The notes beneath the pieces were generated by a model. That model was not told the DNA's origin. It saw nothing but the letters and a program-made list of their open reading frames with translations, and did not search any database. Shown here piece by piece: positions 27,711 through 37,527 of a stretch of 64,000 nt of DNA. Made by a program: the position numbers and the translations under genes. Each line of letters opens with the position of its first letter. The stretch's first letter is position 1. The stretch comes from Gloeobacterales cyanobacterium (GTDB taxonomy: Bacteria; Cyanobacteriota; Cyanobacteriia; Gloeobacterales; PMM-0068): contig JBBRSB010000001.1 of assembly GCA_038245785.1 (NCBI GenBank), positions 82,725 to 146,724 on the forward strand, written 5' to 3'.

Positions 27711-28757
27711 ATGCCCCGTGCCAAACTCAGCGATGCCGAACGCCAAGAACTAATTCGGCTTTACCAAACTACAGATGCCACGGCGATTACCCTGGCAGAA
27801 AAATTTGATATCAGTGTGAGCACGGCTACTCGGATGCTCAAGGCAAACCTCCCCGAAGCGGAGTATCAAGAGCTCTCTAAGGGAAAGCGGAAAAGAGGGG
27901 TGGAAACGCGAGGGACTTCGACGGTAACTGTCGAGGCGACACCTGAAGCTCCTTCCGAGCCTATTGAGGCAATGACGGCTGAAGTCGTGGGGTCCGAAGT
28001 GGCTACAGATGAAGTCATAGTATCCGAGGATCTGGCGGCTGAGCCGATAGCTGCTGAAGTGCCCGAAGTCGCCACAGAACCATTGGTCACGCCCACTCGC
28101 TCTAAGCGACCTCCCCGCATTTCGCGAGCAAGGGCTGCTGCCAACGCTGCCGCAGAAAAGGCTGCTGCCGAAAAAGCTGAATTGCTTGATTCCATCCCTG
28201 TCTTTACAGAAGGACGTGATCCTCAACCAGAAATTTCGGCCCTGGAATATTTTGATCAAGGTAGCGACACTCAGGAGCAGGGAGATCTAGATGCTTCGCC
28301 CGTGGATGTGCAAACTTTTGAAGACCTAGAACTGCCGCGCATCTGCTATATCGTGGTGGACCGTGCATCAGAATTGGTCGCTCGTCCCTTACGGGATTTC
28401 CGACAATTGGGCACCATGTCTGCTCTTGATGCAGACGCACTAGCGATTCCTGTGTTTGATAATCATCGCTGGGCCCGTAAGTTTTCCAATCGTTTCCAAC
28501 GTATTCTGAAAGTCCCTTCCTATCTTCTCGATATCACGCGGCACTATCTGGTGGACCGAGGTATTACCAGAGCAATCATGGGCAAAAAAGTCTACTCTTT
28601 GGAGCGAGAAGGAGTCTCTGGAGACCAAGTTATGACCATGGTTTCGGACGAGGAAGAATTGCTCTACACAACGGCTAGCTTTGGCGATCTTGATGACTTC
28701 AACGAGTCTGATGATTCTAATGATAATGATGACGATGCTTCCTTTGAGGACGAGTAG
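27711..28757 (+). CDS. hypothetical protein with an N-terminal HTH-like segment and an acidic tail
   Basis: [39 protein letters not shown] is HTH-like. An Ala/Glu/Pro-rich low-complexity middle follows, then a C-terminal globular part and a [15 protein letters not shown] tail. Confidence 0.65.
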   Translation: MPRAKLSDAERQELIRLYQTTDATAITLAEKFDISVSTATRMLKANLPEAEYQELSKGKRKRGVETRGTSTVTVEATPEAPSEPIEAMTAEVVGSEVATDEVIVSEDLAAEPIAAEVPEVATEPLVTPTRSKRPPRISRARAAANAAAEKAAAEKAELLDSIPVFTEGRDPQPEISALEYFDQGSDTQEQGDLDASPVDVQTFEDLELPRICYIVVDRASELVARPLRDFRQLGTMSALDADALAIPVFDNHRWARKFSNRFQRILKVPSYLLDITRHYLVDRGITRAIMGKKVYSLEREGVSGDQVMTMVSDEEELLYTTASFGDLDDFNESDDSNDNDDDASFEDE

Positions 28758-28759
28758 CG

Positions 28760-29572
28760 ATGGTTGCAACCCAGTCTGCCCTTGATACCCTCGTAATCGC
28801 AGGCCGCACTTTTTCTTCCCGCCTGTTCACGGGGACCGGAAAATATCGCAACTTTGAGGAAATGAACCAAGCGCTTTCTCAGAGTGGCTGTGAAGTGATC
28901 ACAGTCGCGGTAAGAAGAGCTGAAATGGGCGCTGCTGGCCATGTGGGATTGACCAAAGCGATCGATTGGACTCAGTACTGGATGCTGCCGAATACCGCTG
29001 GTTGTGCCGATGCAGAAGATGCAGTACGGGTGGCCTTGCTCGGTCGAGAAATGGCCAAGATTCTGGGCCAAGAGGACAATAATTGGGTCAAATTGGAAGT
29101 CATCCGCGACCCCAAAACCTTGCTGCCGGACCCGATCGGCACCTATGAAGCAGCAAAAATACTGGTTGCCAAGGGTTTTGCGGTTTTACCCTATATCAAT
29201 GCTGACCCAGAACTGGCCCGTCATCTTTGGGAAATCGGCTGTGTGACGGTCATGCCCTTGGGCTCTCCGATTGGTTCGGGACAGGGCATCAAAAACATAG
29301 AGAATATTCAAATTATCATCGAGCGCTCACCCGTTCCTGTAGTGGTGGATGCTGGGATTGGAGTGCCTTCTGAAGCGGCCCAGGCTATGGAAATGGGAGC
29401 CAGTGCCCTCTTGATCAATACTGCTATCGCTCAGGCCAGTGACCCTGGAATGATGGGAAAAGCGATGGGGCAGGCTACCCAGGCAGGACGCTTGGCCTAT
29501 TTGGCGGGCAGAATTCCTAAACGAACAGAAGCCGCCGCCAGTTCGCCACTCGTTGGACGGATTACTCCATGA
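28760..29572 (+). CDS. thiG: thiazole synthase ThiG
   Basis: [19 protein letters not shown].., KLEVI.D...LLPD and [11 protein letters not shown]. Confidence 0.93.
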   Translation: MVATQSALDTLVIAGRTFSSRLFTGTGKYRNFEEMNQALSQSGCEVITVAVRRAEMGAAGHVGLTKAIDWTQYWMLPNTAGCADAEDAVRVALLGREMAKILGQEDNNWVKLEVIRDPKTLLPDPIGTYEAAKILVAKGFAVLPYINADPELARHLWEIGCVTVMPLGSPIGSGQGIKNIENIQIIIERSPVPVVVDAGIGVPSEAAQAMEMGASALLINTAIAQASDPGMMGKAMGQATQAGRLAYLAGRIPKRTEAAASSPLVGRITP

Positions 29573-30267
29573 AGATAGGGATTGTTGTTTTTCCCGGAAC
29601 GAACCGAGAACGAGATGTGGCCCAGGTGACAGAGGGTTTACTTGGCTGCCCTACACGCTTTCTGTGGCATCAGGACACGGATCTAGCGGACAGTGATGTG
29701 GTGATTCTGCCTGGTGGTTTTAGCTACGGCGATTACTTGCGGTGCGGGGCCGTGGCGCGTTTTTCCCCGATCATGCAGGCGGTGCGTCAGCATGCGGAGC
29801 GCGGCGGCTATGTGCTTGGGATTTGTAATGGCTTCCAAGTATTGACAGAATCAGGACTCTTGCCAGGAGCCTTGGTGCGCAATCGGGACTTGAAGTTTAT
29901 CTGTGACTGGGTGCACCTGCGGGTAGAAAACACGGATGCTCTATGGACTCGTGCCTATAGCAACGGCCAAGTTATTCGGGTGCCGGTGGCCCATGGGGAA
30001 GGTTGCTATTATGCAGACCCCGATACGATCCAGCGTTTAGAAGATAACCAGCAAGTAGTTGTCCGCTATTCCGATGCTCACGGGGAGTGCTCGGAGGCAG
30101 CTAATATCAATGGCTCTTTGAACCATATTGCCGGAATTCGTAATGAGCGAGGCAATGTGGTAGGCCTCATGCCCCACCTTGAAAATGCTTGTGACCCAGC
30201 ATTGGGAAACACGGACGGCCTCAAATTCTTCGAAGGCATGGCCGCTGAAGTACTGGCTCTTATCTAG
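29569..30267 (+). CDS. purQ: phosphoribosylformylglycinamidine synthase subunit PurQ
   Basis: [16 protein letters not shown].., GICNGFQ (nucleophile Cys) and the MPHLE histidine region. ATGA overlap with thiG. Confidence 0.93.
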   Translation: MKIGIVVFPGTNRERDVAQVTEGLLGCPTRFLWHQDTDLADSDVVILPGGFSYGDYLRCGAVARFSPIMQAVRQHAERGGYVLGICNGFQVLTESGLLPGALVRNRDLKFICDWVHLRVENTDALWTRAYSNGQVIRVPVAHGEGCYYADPDTIQRLEDNQQVVVRYSDAHGECSEAANINGSLNHIAGIRNERGNVVGLMPHLENACDPALGNTDGLKFFEGMAAEVLALI

Positions 30268-30285
30268 TTAGCTATTAGACAAACA

Positions 30286-30307
30286 AAAAAGCTCCTTAGG
30301 GAGCTTT
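30286..30307. terminator. bidirectional terminator between purQ and rbp
   Basis: AAAAGCTCC-TTAG-GGAGCTTTT, with A-run and T-run flanks usable on both strands. Confidence 0.6.
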
Positions 30308-30326
30308 TCAATGTTCTATTCAATTT

Positions 30327-30635
30327 TTAGTAACGAGGACGCTGTTCACGCCGTCCGCCACCACCGCTACCACCACCGCTGCGTTGCTCGCGGGGCTGCG
30401 CTTTGTTAATACGAAGCTGCCTACCGTCAAATTCAACACCGTCAAATTCCTGAATAGCAGCGTCTTCCTGCTTATCATCCTCTAGTTCTACAAAAGCAAA
30501 ACCTCTGGGACGACCAGATTCACGGTCAGTGGGGATACTTATAGACTTTACAGGTCCTATCTCCTCGAACATCTCGCGGATATCGGACTCACGGGCACGA
30601 AAGGGAAGATTCCCTACAAAAAGGGTCATGGTCAA
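30327..30635 (-). CDS. RRM-type RNA-binding protein with a Gly-rich tail
   Basis: RNP2 LFVGNL, RNP1 RGFAFVEL and C-terminal SGGGSGGGGRR. Confidence 0.9.
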   Translation of the reverse strand: MTMTLFVGNLPFRARESDIREMFEEIGPVKSISIPTDRESGRPRGFAFVELEDDKQEDAAIQEFDGVEFDGRQLRINKAQPREQRSGGGSGGGGRREQRPRY

Positions 30636-30878
30636 CTAGCCTACTATGGTCTCGTTTATTCTAGACCAGATCTTTTCAAAATTAGCGAGTTTTGTTCTGG
30701 TTATTTTAGATTTCTTGCTAGAAGACCTTTCATTTCAAGAGTGATTTTTATTGGCTTTAAATTATCTCCTTACACCTTAGAAATGTATCCGGTGACACGA
30801 ATTCGCGGTTGCTCTGATATTCCTGCAAGAAGATAAATATCCCTCCTGCAGAGCTTTTCGGGCAGTAGAAAACGCACA

Positions 30879-31442
30879 TTACAAAGATGGAAATTCTGTC
30901 TTTAATGCAGCCAGCAATGTAGTAATTTGGTCTTGATTGATACGATAGATCAGATAGTTTCCCCGACGGCGTGGAGCACTGGCAGGTAGGGGTTGCCCCG
31001 CTTCGATACAGAAATCTTCAAAAAACGTTCGCAATTCCAATGCCACATAGCAATCTTTTCCCTCTTGAGCTTCCACCGCTTGACTATTTTCTAGGGCTCC
31101 ATAGAGGGCGCGGGCCTGTTTACCCTGTAGAAAGTCGTATTCCTGGATGGCAATCGCCTGCATAAGGTAGCGCGCTTGACCGTAGGGCAGCTTAAGCCTA
31201 CGGACTAAGGTTTTAACCTGGGGCATTTCCTGGGGAAGAACAGAGCGATAGAGGTCTACTACCCGTTTGCGGGTCCATTCAGAGATAGAAAGGGGGCGCT
31301 CTTCTCCTCGAATCCAGGCGCAGTATTCCTGGACAGCCAGCGCCAAGAGGTGTTCCATCTGGTCCGGCGTGGGGTTCGGCTTGCCCGTGAGACTGACCAA
31401 GGCATCTTCTAAATCTTTGTGGAGGGGAGCAGAAAGTTTCAT
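30879..31442 (-). CDS. hypothetical protein
   Basis: 187-aa ORF with coding-like composition. No motif recognised. Confidence 0.55.
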   Translation of the reverse strand: MKLSAPLHKDLEDALVSLTGKPNPTPDQMEHLLALAVQEYCAWIRGEERPLSISEWTRKRVVDLYRSVLPQEMPQVKTLVRRLKLPYGQARYLMQAIAIQEYDFLQGKQARALYGALENSQAVEAQEGKDCYVALELRTFFEDFCIEAGQPLPASAPRRRGNYLIYRINQDQITTLLAALKTEFPSL

Positions 31443-31669
31443 GGCTGGAGGCAGAGCGCAACAGAAAAGTTATAACCCCTTTCTCCAAGAAACACTACCC
31501 ATAGAGTTAAATCTGCATTAACTACTATCTGTAGGGAGTGTTGAGAACCTGTAAGGAGGTCATCTATACGGATTGGCGCAGCGGTCCATGTATTGCAAAA
31601 TGTGTACGAGTCTGACGAGGATAAAGAGGCGATGATAATTTCTTAGATAGTCTTCATGTTAAGAAAACT

Positions 31670-31864
31670 ATGGCTCTTGAGAAAAATGCTAAAGTGCGCG
31701 TCCTACGTAAAGAATCTTATTGGTTCAATGATGTGGGCACCGTCGTCTCTATTGACCAGAAGACGACTTCTATCTACCCAGTTACGGTACGTTTTGAGCG
31801 GGTTAATTACTCCAACCTCAACACCAACAACTTTGGCGTGGAAGAACTTGAAACGGTCCGTTAG
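31670..31864 (+). CDS. psaE: photosystem I reaction centre subunit IV PsaE
   Basis: [23 protein letters not shown]....[20 protein letters not shown] is the PsaE SH3-like signature. Confidence 0.93.
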   Translation: MALEKNAKVRVLRKESYWFNDVGTVVSIDQKTTSIYPVTVRFERVNYSNLNTNNFGVEELETVR

Positions 31865-32697
31865 TGCCTGAACTTCCAGAGGTTGAAACGGTCCGGCGGG
31901 GATTAATCACTTCTCTGGTAGGCCAAAAGGTTACTGCGGTTGAAGTGCTTCGGCCGCAATCTATTGGCTCCCCTACCCCCGTAGATTTTGTGAAAAATTT
32001 GCTGGGGCATGTTTTCTTAGATGTGTCGCGCAGAGGCAAGTATCTCCTGATTCATCTGGACCAGGGGGCGCATTTGGGAATTCATCTGAGAATGTCTGGT
32101 CGCTTGTTGGTGACTGCAGCAGACCAGCCTCTGGGTCCCCATGTGCGGGTGCGGATCTTGCTGGAACAGAATAGGGAACTGCGTTTTGAAGACATGAGGG
32201 TATTTGGACGGCTTTGGTATGTGCCCCAAGGGAAAGCTATAGAATCTGTGATCACGGGGCTGCAGCATTTAGGACCAGAGCCTTTGGCCAATTTTTCTGG
32301 CAAAGACTTGGAGATTCGTCTCAAAAAACGGACCCAGCCAATCAAGACTGTCCTCCTAGACCAAAGAGTCGTGGCGGGGATTGGCAATATCTATGCCGAT
32401 GAGTCGCTTTTTGGGGCCAAGATTAATCCGCTGAAACCCGCTCAGTCTCTAACTATAGAAGAACTTGACACCCTGGCCACCGTGATCCAATCAACCCTAA
32501 ATCGCGCCATAGAGCTGGGCGGTTCTACGTTGAGGGACTACACCGATAGTCGTGGCGTAAACGGAAACTATCAAGAAGAAGCTTGGGTCTATGCTCGTAA
32601 AGGAGCTCCCTGCCGCACCTGTGGAACCCTGGTGGAAAGAATACGTCTTGCAGGGCGTTCTACCCACTTCTGCCCCTACTGCCAGCCTCTGAACTAG
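31864..32697 (+). CDS. mutM: formamidopyrimidine-DNA glycosylase
   Basis: The N-terminal PELPEVETVRRGL follows a GTG that overlaps the psaE stop (TAGTG). There is a C-terminal zinc finger, CRTCG..HFCPYCQ. Confidence 0.92.
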   Translation: MPELPEVETVRRGLITSLVGQKVTAVEVLRPQSIGSPTPVDFVKNLLGHVFLDVSRRGKYLLIHLDQGAHLGIHLRMSGRLLVTAADQPLGPHVRVRILLEQNRELRFEDMRVFGRLWYVPQGKAIESVITGLQHLGPEPLANFSGKDLEIRLKKRTQPIKTVLLDQRVVAGIGNIYADESLFGAKINPLKPAQSLTIEELDTLATVIQSTLNRAIELGGSTLRDYTDSRGVNGNYQEEAWVYARKGAPCRTCGTLVERIRLAGRSTHFCPYCQPLN

Positions 32698-32835
32698 GGT
32701 GTAGAATACGCTTAATGAGCCGCTCCTGCCTGTTTAAAAGTATGCATCTCCAAAAGAAGTACAATCCCCCCTGTCTCAGCACGGGCGCGCCTTCGCCTTT
32801 CTATCTGCACGCAAGCTTAGAGGTTGTACAGATCC

Positions 32836-34620
32836 ATGGCTAATGTTTCCGCCCCAGTCTTAGAGCCTCAAGAAGAGTTTCAGGTTCCGGCGCAGCCCAG
32901 AGTGGTTAGTTTCGGGTCTAGAGCCTGTGCGGCCCTAGTCGATGCCGCTATCGTCATTGCCATTCCCTATCTTTTAGCCTGTGCTGGATTTGTAGCCATC
33001 GATGGTGCCAGTAGTTTACTTAACGGCAAGCCTTTTGCGCTCGACAAAGCAGTTCAACAAGTGCTCTTCCCAGAGCAACTGTGGAAAACGATTGGTTCGA
33101 TTGAACCCGTTCTCACCGCCCAGAATCGGGATGCTCTCCTAGGACAACTAGCGGTTGCCGCGCAGCCCTTTCTGAACGTCATGGCCGTGACCAGCGTTTT
33201 ATCCCTTGTCTTTTTTGCGTTTAACCATTTAATGCTGCCCAGCATTGATGGTCAGTCAATTGGGAAAAAACTGGCTGGGCTCAGGATTGTACAGGAGGAT
33301 GGAAATCCCCTCAGTCTGAGTCGTCTTTTTCTACGCAATGTGGTGGGCTACGGCCTTTCGAGCATCTTCTTGGTGGGCTACCTGTTTGCATTGGTGGACC
33401 CACAAAGGCGAGCTTGGCACGACTACATCAGCAAAACCAGAGTGGTCTGGGATTCCAAAGATACGGCGCTAAGAGGAGGTTTTATTTCCTCTTTCATGTT
33501 CCATCTCTTGGCCGTGTCCTCATCGATTCTGGTGATCTATTTCCTCAAATTCTTGATCTTGTGGCTGAAAGCTATAGGCTTACCGATTCCAGCCCTAACC
33601 ACGCCACCCACTCAATACGATCCAGTGGAATACACGCTCTCCAACGCGGCCAAGCCTCCTAAAACAGAGCGCAGATCTAATGCAAATTCTGTGGCTGGAG
33701 GAAAGCGCAATCCTAAATTAGTTGTATCTCCAGGTCGTCCTAGCGCCGCTAAAGCAGCGCAGCCAAAGGCTTCCAAGCAGCCTGTTGCCAAGAGTGAGCC
33801 TGAGCCAGCTCCCAAGGCAGCGCCTAAAGTAGAGAAGATTAAAAAAGTAGAACCTCCTAAGCCTCGTCGTCCGGTCGTAGTCCGCCAGAAGGCTCCCGAG
33901 CCTAAGCGCGAAGAGCCGAAGCCCTTGGTTCGTCAAGAGCCTGAACCAAAACCAAAGCCTAAGGTTGCTGAAACGCCTAAGCCAAAACCAACCCCTCCAG
34001 CGAAGCAAGAAGAAACGCCTACTGCCCCTCCCCAACCTGTAGCCAGTAAGCCAGAACCTGCTCCGCCAGAGCCAACGCCTCCAGAGCCGAGCGAACAAAC
34101 TGAACCGACGGAGGAAGCTCCACAACCGCGTACTACCAGAAGATCTACCGTGGGCGGTTCTGGTTTAGCAGAGGGACGGAGAACCCGTAGGTCATCCAAT
34201 TCTTCTGCTCTAGGTGGCCCCCTTGCCCGCAGTTCTGGCTCTGGAGCTGGAGGGGTCGGGAATTCCGACTTGTTCAATCCGGACCGGGATGGTCCGGGAG
34301 AGGGCATTGATGCGGCGAAGGACGTAGACTTCGGTCCCTATATGGCTGAGTTGCAGCGTCGGGTAAAACGTAACTGGATTCCTCCAGAGCAGGGAAATTC
34401 ACGCCGCAGTGTGCTGCGTTTCAGTATAAGTCGCAATGGAGAAGTATCCAACTTAAGGGTGGGTAAGAGTTCTGGCAATCCAGACTCCGATGCAGCGGCT
34501 ATGGATGCGGTACGTAGAGCAGCCCCTTTCCGCGCCTTACCTACTGCCTATAAACAACGCAACATCGATATCCAGTTCACCTTCGATATCAATGTCTTTG
34601 GTGGAGATGTGACAAACTAA
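32836..34620 (+). CDS. RDD-domain membrane protein fused to a Pro/Lys-rich spacer and a TonB C-terminal domain
   Basis: RDD region ..GQSIGKKLAGLRIVQEDG..RRAWHDYISKTRVV. The ~200-aa spacer is rich in PKP/EPxP. The TonB_C-like end reads YMAELQRRVKRNWIPP..LRFSISRNGEVSNLRVGKSSGNPDSDAAAMDAVRRAAPFRALP. Confidence 0.8.
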   Translation: MANVSAPVLEPQEEFQVPAQPRVVSFGSRACAALVDAAIVIAIPYLLACAGFVAIDGASSLLNGKPFALDKAVQQVLFPEQLWKTIGSIEPVLTAQNRDALLGQLAVAAQPFLNVMAVTSVLSLVFFAFNHLMLPSIDGQSIGKKLAGLRIVQEDGNPLSLSRLFLRNVVGYGLSSIFLVGYLFALVDPQRRAWHDYISKTRVVWDSKDTALRGGFISSFMFHLLAVSSSILVIYFLKFLILWLKAIGLPIPALTTPPTQYDPVEYTLSNAAKPPKTERRSNANSVAGGKRNPKLVVSPGRPSAAKAAQPKASKQPVAKSEPEPAPKAAPKVEKIKKVEPPKPRRPVVVRQKAPEPKREEPKPLVRQEPEPKPKPKVAETPKPKPTPPAKQEETPTAPPQPVASKPEPAPPEPTPPEPSEQTEPTEEAPQPRTTRRSTVGGSGLAEGRRTRRSSNSSALGGPLARSSGSGAGGVGNSDLFNPDRDGPGEGIDAAKDVDFGPYMAELQRRVKRNWIPPEQGNSRRSVLRFSISRNGEVSNLRVGKSSGNPDSDAAAMDAVRRAAPFRALPTAYKQRNIDIQFTFDINVFGGDVTN

Positions 34621-34685
34621 GTAACTAGGTGGAATTAAGAAGACCCCCTATAGTCCCCCTACCCTCCAGGAAGGCTTTGCCTGGT

Positions 34686-34727
34686 GCAAGGGGGACGGCG
34701 ATAGCCGGGGGTTCTTAAGCCCACCCA
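34686..34727 (+). repeat. short dispersed repeat, copy 1
   Basis: GCAAGggGGACGGCGATAGCCGGGGGttcTTAAGCCcACCCA. It shares a 19-nt identical core and flanks with 42673-42727. Confidence 0.65.
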
Positions 34728-34728
34728 C

Positions 34729-36360
34729 TTATCTGCGCTCTACAGACTCTTTTGCAGGCAGAGGTATTTTTTGCCAGCCTTTCTTGGAGATACCAGAATG
34801 GGCTACCCATTGCGGGTTCTGGCTCGGGTAATCCCGGCGAAAATGGGCTCCTCGGCTCTCTGTGCGCTGTAGAGCACTCTGGACGGTCAAAGCACCTAAG
34901 GTTAGCAGATTCCAAACTTCCAGGCCTTCGCGGGTCAGTGCACTGTCTCCATAGATGGGAGCTTGCGCCTCTAAATCCATCCCCATCTCTTCCATCCAAA
35001 CACGGATAGCCTCTGCTGCTTGCCGTAATCCTTCCTCATCTCGCACCAATCCTAGGGATTTGCTCATTAGCCTGGGCAAAATGCTTCGGATATGGTGCAT
35101 AGAAGACTGTTCGGCCTTCTTGAGGGGCTTAGGCATAGGGGTTGGAGGCTCTGGATAGTCTTCTATGGAGTGAGGGACTTCAGTGACAGACAGGGCAATG
35201 CGACGGGCAAAGACAAGACATTCCAGGAGTGAATTGCTGGCCAGGCGATTGGCTCCATGTACGCCTGTACTCGCCACTTCTCCCACGGCATAGAGCCCCG
35301 GCACAGAAGTTTTTCCCCATAAATCCGTAGCTACTCCGCCCATAGTGTAGTGGGCTGCAGGAGCTACAGGAATCAGGTCTTTCAATACATCCAAACCAAA
35401 ATGCTTACAGACCTGACGGATGGTCGGAAAACGTCGCTCAATCACTGCTTGACCGAGGGGACGAAAATCAATCCAAACCATGTCCGAGCCTGTTTTTTGC
35501 AATTGAGAAAAGATAGCTCGGCTGACTACGTCTCGGGGAGCTAGTTCTCCAGCGTCGTGATAGTCCTTCATGAATCGGTAGCCTTGGATGTCGAGCAGAT
35601 GAGCTCCCTCTCCGCGCACGGCTTCGCTAATCAAAAAACGGGGTGCCCCTTCCAGACACAATGCCGTGGGGTGGAACTGAATAAACTCCAAGTCTTGTAG
35701 CAGGGCTCCCGCCCGGTAGGCAATGGCCTGACCATCGCCCGTACATACGGGGGGATTGGTCGTATGGCTAAAAAGACGGCCAAATCCGCCAGCAGCTAAC
35801 ACAGTGACGGCAGTTGCTAAAACTTCCGTCCCTTGAGCGGTATAGATATAAACTCCACGGCAGTGCCTCTGACCATCGGCACCCTCCACCCTCCAGAGGT
35901 CAAGGGCCAACGCTTCCTCGAAAATAGTCAAATTCTTACGCAACAAAATTTCTTCAATCAAGGCCCGAATCAGTTCCTTGCCCGTGGCATCGGCTGCATG
36001 CAGGATACGAGGTCGAGAATGGGCTGCTTCTAAAGTAACGGCAAGACGGCCTTGATAACGGTCAAAGGCTACACCCAAGTCTAAGAGTTCTTGGATGCGG
36101 GCAGGGGCTTCTTCAACGAGGATTCTGACAGCATCGATCTCACATAAGCCAGCCCCTGCCTTTAAAGTGTCCTCTTCGTGAAGCAAGAAAGAATCGTCCG
36201 GTTCCGTGACCGCTGCAATGCCTCCCTGTGCCCATTGACTGGCTGAGATCTGGAGATTTTCTTTTGTAACAAGCGCAATATTCCAGTGTTCCGGGAGTTT
36301 GAGGGCCGTGTAGAGCCCAGCGGCCCCGGTGCCAATGATCACCGCATCAAATTTCTGCAT
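34729..36360 (-). CDS. nadB: L-aspartate oxidase
   Basis: FAD motif VIIGTGAAGL, the fumarate reductase/succinate dehydrogenase flavoprotein fold, and RSESRGAHFR. Confidence 0.95.
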   Translation of the reverse strand: MQKFDAVIIGTGAAGLYTALKLPEHWNIALVTKENLQISASQWAQGGIAAVTEPDDSFLLHEEDTLKAGAGLCEIDAVRILVEEAPARIQELLDLGVAFDRYQGRLAVTLEAAHSRPRILHAADATGKELIRALIEEILLRKNLTIFEEALALDLWRVEGADGQRHCRGVYIYTAQGTEVLATAVTVLAAGGFGRLFSHTTNPPVCTGDGQAIAYRAGALLQDLEFIQFHPTALCLEGAPRFLISEAVRGEGAHLLDIQGYRFMKDYHDAGELAPRDVVSRAIFSQLQKTGSDMVWIDFRPLGQAVIERRFPTIRQVCKHFGLDVLKDLIPVAPAAHYTMGGVATDLWGKTSVPGLYAVGEVASTGVHGANRLASNSLLECLVFARRIALSVTEVPHSIEDYPEPPTPMPKPLKKAEQSSMHHIRSILPRLMSKSLGLVRDEEGLRQAAEAIRVWMEEMGMDLEAQAPIYGDSALTREGLEVWNLLTLGALTVQSALQRTESRGAHFRRDYPSQNPQWVAHSGISKKGWQKIPLPAKESVERR

Positions 36361-36516
36361 TGAACCATTCTACGAGTTTGGCCACGAGTCCGGTCTACGG
36401 AGTCACTAAGTAAACAGATTCAGCACCTATAGATTCTGGTGTTCATCGGCTAGCTGAATCGCGGATCTCATACCATAGAGAGAGAAGGCACACGCTTGCA
36501 TTGCTAGGAGAAATTC

Positions 36517-37485
36517 ATGGTGTCCCCCGCTGTTTCTACGTTTTCCCCCTCATTGAACCTGTTCCAAGAAATTGATCGGTTGAAAAGGGAAATGAATGCT
36601 GTGATCCTGGCCCATTACTACCAAGAGCCAGACATCCAGGATATTGCAGACTATATGGGAGATTCTTTGGGCTTAGCCCGGCAAGCGGCGGATACCCGTG
36701 CCGAGGTAATCGTCTTTTGCGGTGTGCACTTCATGGCAGAAACTGCCAAAATTCTTAACCCCACCAAACAGGTCTTGCTGCCGGATCTAGATGCAGGCTG
36801 CTCCCTGGCCGAGGGCTGTCCAGAAGACCAGTTTGCCGCTTTCTGTAAAGAGCATCCAGACCATACGGTGATTAGCTATGTCAACTGCACCGCAGGCGTC
36901 AAAGCCCTCAGTGACATTATTTGCACTTCCTCCAACGCAGTCGCCATTGTCAATCAAATTCCTAAAGACAAACCGATTATTTTTGGGCCTGACAAAAACT
37001 TGGGTCGCTATGTGATGGAACAGACGGGCAGAGAGATGCTGCTTTGGCCTGGGTCCTGCATTGTGCATGAGATGTTTTCTGAGAAGAAGTTACTCCAACT
37101 CAAAGTCCAATACCCAGAAGCTGAAGTGATTGCCCACCCCGAATGTGAAGAGCCAGTTTTGCGCCATGCTGACTTCATCGCTTCCACTACGGGCCTTTTG
37201 CGGTACACCCAGCGCAGTGCCAAGAGTAGCTTTATCGTAGTGACAGAAGCAGGAATTATCCATCAAATGCAGCAAGCCTCTCCCCGCAAAAAGTTCATTC
37301 CTGCTCCTCCCAATAACCAATGCGCCTGCAACGAATGCCCCTACATGCGGCTTAATACGTTGGAGAAAGTCTATCTCTGCATGAAAAATCGTACGCCAGA
37401 GATTGTGATGGAGGAATCTATTCGTGTGAAGGCTCTGGCCCCCATTCAAAAAATGCTAGACATGAGTCTTTCAACGGCAAGTTGA
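36517..37485 (+). CDS. nadA: quinolinate synthase
   Basis: [23 protein letters not shown], and conserved Cys residues in CSLAEGC / CxxH / CNECPYM. Confidence 0.95.
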   Translation: MVSPAVSTFSPSLNLFQEIDRLKREMNAVILAHYYQEPDIQDIADYMGDSLGLARQAADTRAEVIVFCGVHFMAETAKILNPTKQVLLPDLDAGCSLAEGCPEDQFAAFCKEHPDHTVISYVNCTAGVKALSDIICTSSNAVAIVNQIPKDKPIIFGPDKNLGRYVMEQTGREMLLWPGSCIVHEMFSEKKLLQLKVQYPEAEVIAHPECEEPVLRHADFIASTTGLLRYTQRSAKSSFIVVTEAGIIHQMQQASPRKKFIPAPPNNQCACNECPYMRLNTLEKVYLCMKNRTPEIVMEESIRVKALAPIQKMLDMSLSTAS

Positions 37486-37527
37486 GGAATATGTCACAAT
37501 CATCTCGAAGCATTGTGTAGGTGAACG

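Noticed and set aside
33718-34307. Minus-strand ORFs of 135 and 124 aa (Arg/Trp/Leu-rich and Gly/Ser/Pro-rich).
   Set aside because: They are shadows of the Pro/Lys/Glu-rich spacer of the RDD-TonB gene. They are low-complexity and have no independent signals.
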